Shown here: one piece after another, positions 14,121 through 25,845 of the stretch
How positions within the stretch are numbered: position 1 is the first letter of the stretch
Layout: each line of letters opens with the position of its first letter
Made by a program: the position numbers and the translations under genes
Notes under the pieces: model-generated
What the model was told of the DNA's origin: nothing
The model's input: the letters and a program-made list of their open reading frames with translations, nothing else
Database searches by the model: none
NCBI GenBank assembly: GCA_964016885.1
Contig: OZ024751.1
Span: 44,206,001 to 44,270,000, forward strand
DNA length: 64,000 nucleotides
Origin: Eledone cirrhosa
Lineage: Eukaryota
Direction of reading: 5' to 3'

Positions 14121-14199
14121 GCTTATGTGCGTGCGTGTGTGTGTATATATATATGAATATGTATATTATTATTGTTGTTGTCGTTATTATTATTATTGC

Positions 14200-14230
<31 letters not shown>

Positions 14231-14445
14231 GAATGCCATGGTTGACGGAGGCTCGGCTCTGTAAGGTATAGTAATTTTTAACCGTTAAAACAATTGTAAA
14301 TTGTTTAAAACTTGAACCAAATTGTTGATAAAGACACCCTCCTCCTCGTGAGAGGGGTCTTTCTGTCCGTTATTTGGCCCTTCGGGGTTAAATAACCAGT
14401 TATTGGGGTTTTGTACCCCAAATTTCATTTTAAACAAAAAACAAC

Positions 14446-16540
14446 ATGGCTACGAAAAAGAAATTTCATACGTCACTCCCACTCATTCCGTCTTCTTCTT
14501 CCTCAATCATCACTACAGCAGAGAGAAGATTGTCTCTCTCCCTCCCTTCTTTAAATGTCTCTCTCTCCCTCCCTTCTCTTTCGCAAGTGACGAAAGAAAA
14601 GAAAAGTCTCGTGCAAAGCGTGCAAGGTTTCTCCACGACGACGACAACAGCGACGAAACAGGTGTGCGGGAAATACGAAAACCCAGTTCATTCGTCTGAC
14701 GTCAGGAATAATAGCAGTAGCAGCCGTAATAACAACAGCAACAGTGACAATGAAAACAACAGTAGCAGCCGCAACAGCATCACCAGCAGCATAAACAACA
14801 ACAGCATTAGCAGCAGCAACACCAACAACAACCACAGCAACAGCGGCGGAGGCAGTAGTCGTAGTACCTGCAGCAACAAAAGTACCAGCAGCTCTGACGA
14901 CAACAACAACAGCAGAGAAAAACCAATCTCATTTGCAGGTATTGCGAAAAACTTGGAAACAATCCTCATAACAAATGAGGAATTAGAGGAAGCGAAGAAG
15001 ATGGTGACAAAGAACGGACACCGAGCAATCTGCAAGGCAGCGAAACATTTTTTCGAAACCCAAGAGCACTGTACGGTCACGTACCGTACAGTAAGTACAA
15101 AATCCCGTAGGGTGGAAAGAGCCACAGAGGCCCAAATACAAAAAGCCTTGGGGTCTGTGTGGCAGCGGAAAACGCACATCACCCGAGGCAAAAAAATATG
15201 CCACCGTAGACGTACTTTTTGCCACACCCCAGGAGGCAAAGGCCCAATCAGTATTGACCCTAAGGAGCGAGGAAATGGTGTTGGTGCCCTCCTACTGTGG
15301 GCAAAAAATTGTGAGGGTCAAACTGACCCACGTCCCCCCCGGAATGACCCCTTCTTGGCTGGCCGCGTCTGTCCTCGTCGGAATCGAGGACAAAACAACT
15401 GTACTGCAAGTACAAAAAAAAGTAAGAGAAGATTGGGTCGGCTCCTCCATTGAGATGCTAATCCAAACCAACCAGGAGTGCATCGAAGCTATCCCGGATG
15501 TGATAGACTTCGATAACGGCACTCAACTGCCCATAAGTGTTGAGGGCAAACGCCCGAAATGCTTTCGCTGTGGATCGAAGACTCACCTCAGGGCCTTCTG
15601 CAACGAGAAGACCCTGAGAAAGGAGAAAACCCCCCTCCTTCCGAATCCGGCTCCACGGCTACCAGCAACAGGACAAGCGGCAACCAGGAACGATAGGCCC
15701 GTGGCACCCATACCCACTCCACGGAAATCAAAAACAGCAGCAGCAGTGGAAATACTAACAACAACAACAGCAATACCAAATGCAGCTGCAACAGAGACTC
15801 CAGTGCAAACATCACCAACAACAACAAGTGAAAGAGTGGAGCTGGTACCCCTCCCCGACCTTACAGAATCAGACATGGAGTGTGAGGTGGGAGAGAGATG
15901 GCAAAAGGTCGTAAGAAGGCACAAACGCAGAAGCAGCGCATCGTCGCCTTTGAAAAGGGAGGAAAGAAATGAGAAAAGGGTAAAGTCTACTGCAAAGAGA
16001 CCCACAGCAGCAACAACACCAACACCATCACCACCCACAATAGCGCCACCATCACCACCGGCGACAACCCCACCGCCAACAACACCTTCAACACCACCAC
16101 CACAAGCACCAACATCGCAAACACAACAACAAAACACACACACCCAGCAACAACGACAAGAAAATAGCAGAACCACACCCCACCCCCAGAAAAACAAATG
16201 CACGGCAATAAATACACACAACAAGAAACTAATGACTTACATAATTGAACACACAGACATTTCACAACAGGACTACATAATACCAGCACCAATCAAAACG
16301 CCAACTAACATAAGACTGCTAAAAATAGCACAGAAACAATACACAAACATTAAAACGAAATTCCCCAACGCAGTTGGTGATTTCAGGGACCTAGGAGGAA
16401 CCATCAATCGAAGAGTATACTCAGACATTCTCTTAGAAGAGCCGATGACCAGCCGAAGGGACGATTCAACGGTCCCTTCACCAGACGATCAAGTGAAAAG
16501 GGATGTAAAAACCATCCCTCCTCTACCAAAAGTACGGTAA
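14446..16540 (+). CDS. Tx1 ORF1 (gag-like nucleic-acid-binding protein), split by a one-base frameshift at the A7 run 15190-15196
   Basis: ORFs 14446..15453 and 15254..16540 join as ...HITRGKK/YATVDVLFATPQEAKAQSVLTLRSEEM if one A is removed. CX2CX4HX4C knuckle CFRCGSKTHLRAFC at 15560-15601. Confidence 0.82.
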
Positions 16541-16575
16541 GTGGTCTTTCCCATCTTTTCCACTCTATTTTAAAC

Positions 16576-19500
16576 ATGACCTCACTCAGAATAGGCAGCA
16601 TAAATGCGCGTGGCTTGGGGTCGTCATGGAAGCAGGGTCACCTGCTCAACGACCTCAGGTCACTAAACATAGATGTAGTGGCCATCAGCGAGACCAGAAT
16701 CTCCGAAGCACGGGCCTTCGCACCGATCTTCGGCGGCTGCGATGTGTACGCATCTCCCAGCCGTCCTGGATCGGGTGGAGGAGTTGCTGTGCTTTTTCGG
16801 AGAGGTTTGGATCTCGCCATACGGGCCATCTTCCTGGACCCAGAGGGTAAGCTGGTGGTGCTGGACGTGACCAGCGGAGACGGGCAAGCTTTCAGGCTAG
16901 TGGCCGTCTATGCCCCGACAGGAGCAGGGCGGCCTGATTTCTTCCGGCGTCTGGAGACCTTTCTTGGAACGTCCCGCTCTTTAGTGTTAGTGGGCGACTG
17001 GAACGGGATCTTAGATGCACGCTGGGACTGTGTGGGATTAGCGGATAGGGGTGGAGGGTGCAAGAGCCTCACCAACCTGCTCAGGCGTTTTGAACTGTCT
17101 GACAGGTACCGATTGGATTTCCCGAATGTGCCAATGTGGACTTGGACAAACCGCATAGGGTCATCCAGATCATATCTAGATAGAGTATTTTGTAGGGAAA
17201 TAGATAGGTCTAGCATAGGCTGTCCACAATTCAAGATAGTCAGCTACACGGACCACAAATTCGTGATCTGTGTGCTTAACTTAGATAGGCTTCATAGACG
17301 AGGACCCGGCTACTGGAAGCTAAACGCGTCCTTACCAGCGCGCAAGGCCTACAGAGACCGGATTAGCGAACTAGTTAAGCGGGCGTTGACGGGGGCCATC
17401 GTCAACAACAAGTGGTGGTTTGCTCTGAAAAGAGCGATTAGAATAGAATCGATTAGGTTTAGTAAGGCTTTAGCAATAGAGAAAAATAGAGCAGAGGGAG
17501 AACTAGTTAGAAAATTAGACGAGGCGCTTAGCAAAGGCATTGCGACCGACGTGCTTGCGGCGAAATTGGCCCTTGACCAATTCTTCAATGCAAAGCACGA
17601 AGGCTGCGTTGTCAGAGCTAGGGTGCGTGCTCTCAGACACGAGGGGACGAAAGCCGTTCAATGGGCCCGAGTGGCGGAGGCGCGTCGTGGCAACAAAGCC
17701 ACGATCCGGTCTTTGGTGGACCACGACGGGCGCATGCTACTCGATCCCGGGCAAATGTGTGAAGCTTTTCAGCGACACTTCGCTCAGCTGTTCGGGGGCA
17801 GCGGTGGGCCGGGTAGAGGGATGGACTTTAGTGTCTACCTCGACGGACTGCCGCGGCTCTCGGCCACTGAGGCGAAGTGTTGCGAAAAGCCGATAACAGC
17901 CGCTGAAGTAAGGGAGGCAATGACTGGCTGCACAAGGGGTAAATCGCCTGGTTTGGATGGTCTGCCCTATGAACTTTACGTACAGATGCCCGACTTGTTC
18001 GGAGGCCTCTTGGCGGACGTCTACTGCAACTGGCAACAGAACGGGAGAATTCCCAGTTCTGTGAGCCGAGGAGCGGTGGCACTGCTGAGAAAGGATCCGA
18101 ACAAGGGGGATAACATAGACAATTTCCGGCCCATAACTCTGCTAAACACAGAGTTTAAGATTTTGGCCAAGGTGCTAGCAAAGAGGTTGGCGCTTGTCGT
18201 TGGTGGTCTGGTGGGAGAGGCGCAGACATGCGCCATTCCCGACAGATCCATCCACGACAACCTCCACCTCATGCGATACATCGTAGAGAGGGTAGCTAGG
18301 GAACCTGGCACGGGTGGGTCCTTGATCAATTTAGATCAGTCGAAAGCTTTCGATAGGGTCGACCATCGTTACCTAGCGGCAGTCCTGAGGGCGGCTGGCT
18401 TTGGGCCCGTCTTCAGAGGCTGGATCGCTGCCATGCACAGCGACATCTGCTCTGTGGTGAGAGTGAACGGTCACCTGTCGGAACCGTTCAACATCATGCG
18501 CTCGGTCCGCCAAGGATGTCCCCTCTCGTCCCTCTTGTACGTATTGACGCTCGAGCCATTACTGCACAAACTGGAGACGTTGAGGGGAGTCCCGCGCGAA
18601 CTAGGATGCGGAAGATCCGTGTCAGCATATGCGGACGATGTCACCGTAGTGGTGTCGAACGCCAAACACATCGAGGCGATCGGCACTACACTAAGAGAAT
18701 ACGAAGCGGTGACAGGAGCAATGATCAACCAGGAAAAGTCAGTGGGCCTGCAGCTCGGCACCTGGAGAGGCAGGTCCATGCCGTCCAACAGCGTCGTCGG
18801 GCGCTGGACGGACGGACCGGTTAAATTGCTAGGGGTCTGGTTCGGTCCGGACCTCCAGACGGACAAAAACTGGGACGAGGTGACGAGCAGGGTGGCTTCT
18901 CTCACCCAGAAATGGGCGGAGAGGAAGCTATCCCTGAAAGGTCGAGCGGAGGTGGCTAACGCGTACATCGCGTCTGTCATCTGCTACCGCCTAACCGTCG
19001 TACCTTGTCCTAAGCCTCGCCTGACTGCGCTGGAGCGTTTACTCTTTCGCTTTTTGTGGAAGGGACGTGCTCCGATGGTCAGGCGGTCCATCTGTTGTCA
19101 ACACCCGCTACGTGGAGGGCTGGGCATGCCGTGGCTGATGATGCGCAGGCACGCGCTCAGGCTACGACATCTCCACCTCTTCCTCGACGGTGTTCAGGTG
19201 TGGTCGCCGTTTGCTAGACGCGTTTTTCCCCAGCTCGTTTCCTTGACGGAGCTGCAGTCCTGGATCAAGCGAAGACCGAGAGGGAGCGCCTGGAGACTGG
19301 AATGTCTTCAGGCGCTCACAGCCCTCGACCAATCGGGCAATGTGATCGGTGGAAACTCCACCTCGGCGTTCTATAGAGGATTAGTGGAGGGGAAGAGCGA
19401 CGACGTACTTGGGGAAACTCTAGGCGTCGACGAAAATCAACTAGCCAATCTCTTCGGAAGAACTTTCGGGCCAGGGCCTATGGACAACTTCCAGAAATCT

Positions 19501-19995
19501 CTGGCCTGGCAGTGCTACCGAGGAGCCTTGCCAGTTCGGGATAAACTCTACAGGCATGGAGGTGCCGTCAGCCGGGCATGTCCGAGATGCGCGCAGGGCG
19601 ACGAAACCGTCCTGCACGCACTCGTCCAGTGTCCGAAAATTGCTGACTTGTGGGTTTATGTCGAACACCTGCTGTCGCGTTTAGGACGGATCCAGCTATC
19701 ATCTGAGTCTATCGTGAGGATTGCCCCGCCCTCCTCCTTTAGCCGGGAAGGGCAGGCAGTTTTTATCTGTCTGGTGGCCATGGCGAAAGAGATAGTATGG
19801 TGGACACGTTTGAAAGGGCTGAAGACGAGCACTTACCTCTTCGGTGATGCTCTGATTGACTTTTTCAAATTTCATTTGAAAAGGAAAATCAGAGTAGAGA
19901 AGGAAGTGCTCTCTTCCCAGCATTTTGTTGAAAGATGGGTGAGAGAAGCAAGAATGGCCCGAGTGAATGGGCCGACTCTGAGTATATATCTGTAA
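16576..19995 (+). CDS. Tx1/L1 ORF2: apurinic-type endonuclease, reverse transcriptase and C-terminal CCHC (zf-RVT-like) domain
   Basis: 1139 aa, uninterrupted. APE motifs SINARGL, ISET, VYAP, GDWN, YLDR, TDH. RT motifs KSPGLDG, FRPITLLN, LDQSKAFDRV, VRQGCPLS, AYADD. C-terminal CPRC..ETVLHALVQC. Confidence 0.96.
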   Translation: MTSLRIGSINARGLGSSWKQGHLLNDLRSLNIDVVAISETRISEARAFAPIFGGCDVYASPSRPGSGGGVAVLFRRGLDLAIRAIFLDPEGKLVVLDVTSGDGQAFRLVAVYAPTGAGRPDFFRRLETFLGTSRSLVLVGDWNGILDARWDCVGLADRGGGCKSLTNLLRRFELSDRYRLDFPNVPMWTWTNRIGSSRSYLDRVFCREIDRSSIGCPQFKIVSYTDHKFVICVLNLDRLHRRGPGYWKLNASLPARKAYRDRISELVKRALTGAIVNNKWWFALKRAIRIESIRFSKALAIEKNRAEGELVRKLDEALSKGIATDVLAAKLALDQFFNAKHEGCVVRARVRALRHEGTKAVQWARVAEARRGNKATIRSLVDHDGRMLLDPGQMCEAFQRHFAQLFGGSGGPGRGMDFSVYLDGLPRLSATEAKCCEKPITAAEVREAMTGCTRGKSPGLDGLPYELYVQMPDLFGGLLADVYCNWQQNGRIPSSVSRGAVALLRKDPNKGDNIDNFRPITLLNTEFKILAKVLAKRLALVVGGLVGEAQTCAIPDRSIHDNLHLMRYIVERVAREPGTGGSLINLDQSKAFDRVDHRYLAAVLRAAGFGPVFRGWIAAMHSDICSVVRVNGHLSEPFNIMRSVRQGCPLSSLLYVLTLEPLLHKLETLRGVPRELGCGRSVSAYADDVTVVVSNAKHIEAIGTTLREYEAVTGAMINQEKSVGLQLGTWRGRSMPSNSVVGRWTDGPVKLLGVWFGPDLQTDKNWDEVTSRVASLTQKWAERKLSLKGRAEVANAYIASVICYRLTVVPCPKPRLTALERLLFRFLWKGRAPMVRRSICCQHPLRGGLGMPWLMMRRHALRLRHLHLFLDGVQVWSPFARRVFPQLVSLTELQSWIKRRPRGSAWRLECLQALTALDQSGNVIGGNSTSAFYRGLVEGKSDDVLGETLGVDENQLANLFGRTFGPGPMDNFQKSLAWQCYRGALPVRDKLYRHGGAVSRACPRCAQGDETVLHALVQCPKIADLWVYVEHLLSRLGRIQLSSESIVRIAPPSSFSREGQAVFICLVAMAKEIVWWTRLKGLKTSTYLFGDALIDFFKFHLKRKIRVEKEVLSSQHFVERWVREARMARVNGPTLSIYL

Positions 19996-20260
19996 ACTAA
20001 AGGTGGAAAACTGGGAGAGGGCACTTGCCTTGGTGGTCAGGGTCATTGTGGCTTTTTACTGGGCTTTCTCCACAAATGTCCCTCCGAAGTCTCCCCCCTA
20101 TTGGGGAATTTTTCATTGTTATTTTCATTGTTATTTTTGTTACATCCTCTGTTTTTGTTTTTTTTTTTTACACGCAGAAATGCCCATTTGTACCGTCCTG
20201 CATTGTCCTGCACTGTCCTTAATGTCTACTTTATGTAAACCCTTGTGGTTAATAAAGAAA

Positions 20261-20298
<38 letters not shown>

Positions 20299-20445
20299 TT
20301 TTTTTTTTTTTATTTTTTTTAATTATTTTTTTTTTTTATTTTTTATTTTTATTTTTTTTTTTATTGTGCAATGGCCATACTCGATAACGAGGGGGCAGCC
20401 ATCATGTATGTATATATAGATAACTATATATATATGTATATATTT

Positions 20446-20959
<514 letters not shown>

Positions 20960-21002
20960 TGTATATATATATATGCATATATGTATATATATATATGTAT
21001 AG

Positions 21003-21228
21003 TGAAGGCGTGTGGCTGAGTGGTTAGAGAATTGGATTCGCAATCGTAAGGTTGTGAGTTCGATTCCTGGACCAGGCGATGCGTTATGTCCTTGAGCAAG
21101 ACACTTTATTTCACGTTGCTCCTTCTACCTGGAGTTGCGACCGATAGATAGTATTAGCAATTGGAAAGACCAACGGAAACATTGTTCCCTCGGTCCGATT
21201 TGACGAAAGTCGATCGTTCCTAAAAAAA
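21003..21228 (+). mobile_element. tRNA-derived SINE (A box 21013-21023, B box 21056-21066, CORE-like segment, hairpin 3' tail)
   Basis: TGGCTGAGTGG ... GAGTTCGATTC ... CTTGAGCAAGACACTT; ends in an A run. Confidence 0.8.
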
Positions 21229-21251
21229 TATACGTATATACGTATATATAC

Positions 21252-21285
<34 letters not shown>

Positions 21286-21304
21286 TCACACACACATATA
21301 TATA

Positions 21305-21378
21305 TTGCCTTGTCTGACGAACGAATGCGGACGTTTCTTGTATTCCTCTTATTCGGGAAACCTCTGGTAATGAGGTAA
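21305..21378 (+). ncRNA. Type I hammerhead ribozyme motif (same family as 60361)
   Basis: Stem I TTGCCTTGT/ATGAGGTAA; CTGACGA 21314-21320; stem II CGAAT/ATTCG with an A-G closing mismatch; GAAA 21357-21360; stem III ACC-TCT-GGT; GUA triplet. Confidence 0.75.
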
Positions 21379-21401
21379 TTATATTGTATTTTTTATTATA
21401 C

Positions 21402-21463
<62 letters not shown>

Positions 21464-21809
21464 CATACATACTTCTGTGTGTATGTATGTAAGAGACTAA
21501 GAGAAAGATAAGGAGTGAAAGAGAGAGAGTGAGAGAGAGAAAGAAAGAAAGATGTTTGAATTAGACGAGGTTAGAGGAGAGTTTTGTCATGGATATACCA
21601 TCTTATGTGTGTGTGTGTGTCTCTATGTGTATACTTGTATATATTTGTTATACACTATCATTATGTCTGAGAGTGATGTGGGGGTGTTTGCCCCTTTGTT
21701 TCAAGGGGATTCTGGAGTATTAAGCCGAGCTAAAGTGTGTAGGAAAGAGGGTTTATATATTATATATATCCATACATATATACATACACACACACACACA
21801 CACAAACAC

Positions 21810-21840
<31 letters not shown>

Positions 21841-21950
21841 TATATTATATTTTACTTTTCTTTCTTTGTTTTTGTAATTTTATTTTTAAATCTTATTAAT
21901 TTATTATTTATTTTATTTCTCTCTATATACATTTTTTATTTTATTATTCT

Positions 21951-22134
<184 letters not shown>

Positions 22135-22524
22135 GTATATATGTTTGTTTCAGCTGTATTAGGAGAGTATTGGCGTGTGATGGCGGGTGATGGCGGGTGA
22201 GAGCGAGTGATGACGGACATTGCCGAGAAGGCGTTGGCGGACGTCGTGCGGTTTTATATGTCGATTTGCCGTGAGGGAGAACACTCGATGTAAAAGAACA
22301 CGGTTGGAACAGCTTGTTTTCTAAGCTTCTTCAACTTCAGTGAATGCCACGCTGGATGGAAGTCAAGAAGGAGAGCTAATCTAAGAGAGGAAGTGTTTGC
22401 CTAATACTAGTGCTGCCACCTAGCTAATCCAACAGAGGAAGTATTTGCCTCTTGCTGGTATCGCCGCCTAGCTTTAGAAACACTGTCTATTATTTTGTTT
22501 GTGTACATGTGTGCATATATATAT

Positions 22525-22556
<32 letters not shown>

Positions 22557-22686
22557 CATATGTATGTATCTCTGTGTGTGTATGTTTAATTTTTTTTAGT
22601 CTATTGCCCTTGCTATTGTTGTTGTTGATGTTGTTTTCATTGTTGTTGTTATTGTTGTTGCTGCTGCTACTACTGCTCTTCACCTT

Positions 22687-22747
<61 letters not shown>

Positions 22748-22949
22748 CAATGGTTGTTGTTTAAAATATTGTTTCACAGTATGCATTCATTCTCTCTCCC
22801 CCTCTCCCTCTCTCCCTCCATTTACCTCTCTCTCTCTCTCTCTCTCTCTGCATTTGAGATAAAGTGCGAGTCCGTTTGCGCGCGCGAGTGTGTGTGTGTG
22901 TATGAATGGTTGTGTGTGTTTGTGTATCTGCATGACTTTCTGTGGCAAC

Positions 22950-23230
22950 ATCGTAGACAAATGGTGAAGAACTTAGCTTCGCAATCATAAGGTCTCAGAT
23001 TCGATCTCATCGCGTTGTATGTTGGGCAAGTGTCATTTAGCGTAACCCACTGTCATATTTGGTAGACAGGAACTGCTTGAAAGCCTGTCGTATGGGCTGT
23101 GCCTGTAATTCAAAGGGCCAGCTTGTCGCTCAGTGTCATGTTGAATTTCCTTGAGAATTACAATTAGGGTACACGTGTCAGCGAATTTCTCAGCCACTTG
23201 AACGTTAATTTCGCGAGCAGACTGTTCATC
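22950..23230 (+). mobile_element. Diverged SINE (composite)
   Basis: Degenerate B box AGATTCGATC, TTGGGCAAGTGTC core and a tail shared with about 59050-59190 and 44930-45020. Confidence 0.55.
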
Positions 23231-23400
23231 GGAAGAATCAGAACCGAAAAGAGGTCCAAAGGAATCGAGGAATTGATCTACAAGACCCTAGAAGATCTTA
23301 TTCGCTTAATGTCTGGGGTGGTGATCAACAAATCGAACCAAGGAAACAAAGTTTCCATTGGTTTTTTCCATTGTTGATACCATTTACCGGTTGCAACTCA

Positions 23401-23440
<40 letters not shown>

Positions 23441-23452
23441 TATATATATGTA

Positions 23453-23484
<32 letters not shown>

Positions 23485-23960
23485 TGTGTGTAAGGTAAAA
23501 TGCGTGGAATAGTTGGGTGACAAGATGCGAAATGAAAGGAGAGCTAAAGTTATGTATACATATATGATAGATTAAGGGAATTCAAGTAGGTGGAGGAAGT
23601 AGAGAGAAAAAGCTGGAAGAGAGGTAGAGAGGGAAAAGGGCGGACGAGAGGAGAGCCAAAAGGTGGGAAAGAAGAAAAAAAAAACAAAGAGGAAGAAGGA
23701 GGAGAAGGGAGAAGGAAGAAGGAAGAAAGAGTGGGAAGGAGGAAGATAAAGGATGAAGGAAAGAAATGGAGTTTTGACAGGAAATTATTCATGAGTATAG
23801 TCGATTGAATATTAAGTGTTGCCTTGATAAGGGTGCGAACGTCCGCTCTTGATATTGGGGCTGCCATTGAAACAGAGGGAGCCACTTGGCCTGGGTCACA
23901 TAAAGTGTCAGCTTGTTGACAAGCAACCATTTTGGAAATACCTCAGTTAATTACATCACG

Positions 23961-23974
23961 CCACCAGGGGGCGC
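23961..23974 (+). promoter_or_regulatory. CTCF consensus motif
   Basis: CCACCAGGGGGCGC, an exact match to the core CTCF consensus, in a non-repetitive island. Confidence 0.5.
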
Positions 23975-24115
23975 TGACCGGTCTGTACGGCTGCCCAAAG
24001 GCTTACACATCCGGTCTCAGCACCACCAATACATATCACGCCGTGTTCTCATTATATATAGCCGGAATGTTTGCTTTCCCTCTTATTATTTGTAACTGTT
24101 ACAACACACACACAG

Positions 24116-24193
<78 letters not shown>

Positions 24194-24344
24194 ACACACA
24201 CACACACATACACACATACGCACACATAAACACACACACACACACACACAAAGGCACAGGCACAGACACAGAGATACACTTATACACAAACATAGTTAAA
24301 TACATATATATATATATACTTACATACATATATAAATAAAAGTG

Positions 24345-24382
<38 letters not shown>

Positions 24383-24558
24383 AGTGTATGTATATATATA
24401 TATATATATGTGTATATATATATGTGTGTGTGTGTTTGCAGTTATTGTTATTATTATTGCCATTATTATTATTATTAATTCTTTTCAGTCAAAGCTTCCA
24501 TTTTTTTGTATATTTGTTTGTATGGCAGCCATTACAGTTGTACTCTGCACGTGGCCAT

Positions 24559-24605
<47 letters not shown>

Positions 24606-25156
24606 TCTGTCTACATAACTCTCTTGCTCAGTCTCTCTCTAGGCTACCTTCTTCTGTCCCCTCTTTTCTCCCCCCCCCTCTCTTCACTTACAAATCACAT
24701 CCCCTTATTCTCCCGTCCATGTTCTCATCACCCAGTACCGGCTGCAGGAACCATGTGCCCCTGGCAGTTAGATAGTCTTTTCAACTCAACAGACTCCCTT
24801 GAGCCAAAGTCAACATAAAACAGTTAATACATACTTGTCTCCCTTTGTGTTTGTTTGTATGAGGAGCCTGATATGTGTGTATGTATGTCTGTGCAAATGT
24901 GAGTATATGTATGTATGTATGTATATATATATATATATACGAACGTACGTACGTAAGAATGTATGTTTGTATGTATGTATTCAAGCATGTATGTATGTAT
25001 ATTGTTGTTGTTGTTGTTGTTATTTAGTCCTAAATCAGCCCTGATTAATCGGAGTCATGATCAAAGATGTATCAAGTCTAGATCTCTTCATCTTCTGAGA
25101 GAGATTTAACAGCTTTTTATCCGTAGCACCCCTTCTCTCTCCCTCTCTTCCTTCCC

Positions 25157-25260
<104 letters not shown>

Positions 25261-25414
25261 CCCTATACGTCCCACCTTAGCATACACAAGCAGACACACA
25301 ATCTATCCATGGTTTAAGGCTCCAGCCTCAATCCCATCTTTACTCCGAGTCTGAATACAGCAGATATCTTCCTGAGAAGTGAGAGACGGGTACTGAGAAA
25401 GAAATATAGAGGAA

Positions 25415-25545
25415 AAATCGACCCAAGAAGTTGACTGGTACTTTTTTTCCTCAAACAACCTTGAAAGAATGAAAGGCAAAGTTTATCTCGGTGGGATTGG
25501 AACTCAGAGAGCCAAGAGCTAGAACGAGTGCCACAACACATTCTG
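25415..25545 (-). mobile_element. Second-family SINE fragment
   Basis: TGAAAGGCAAAGTTTATCTCGGTGGGATTGGAACTCAGA. Confidence 0.6.
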
Positions 25546-25845
25546 TCCCTAACGAAGAGAATAGCATTAAAAATTAAAAGATTGATAAAAAAAAAATAAT
25601 AATCATGAGATTAAAAATGGATTATTTTAGAAGAACTCTCCAGTCACTTGCGCAACACACTAGCAGGAAATTATTCTGCAGAAATAGGATTTATTTAAAA
25701 TATAACATATAATCCATAATAAAGAAATAATCATGATAATAATAAGTGATTTATTTCTCACAGGGACGCCAAAAATAAAAGAAAATATTAAGAAGTTGCT
25801 CAGACGTAAGGGAAAAGCAGTAACAGTAGGAGTGTTACATGAAAG

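Larger units (their letters stand above)
14231..20260 (+). mobile_element. Apparently full-length Tx1/L1-clade non-LTR retrotransposon
   Basis: About 215-bp 5' UTR, ORF1 with a CCHC knuckle, 35-bp spacer, intact APE-RT-Zn ORF2, and a 3' UTR with AATAAA at 20251-20256. Flanked on both sides by (ATT)n. Confidence 0.93.
11520..20405 (+). mobile_element. RTE LINE copy 1 (body 11520-14230, 3' terminus 20262-20405) split by a nested Tx1 element
   Basis: The 3' terminal sequence TATTGTGCAATGGCCATACTCGATAACGAGGGGGCAGCCATCAT ends at 20405 and is contiguous with the RTE UTR in copy 2 (ends 32781). Confidence 0.88.

Noticed and set aside
16626-20046. Short alternative-frame and antisense ORFs inside Tx1 ORF2 (and similarly inside the RTE ORF)
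   Set aside because: Shadow ORFs of a GC-rich coding region.
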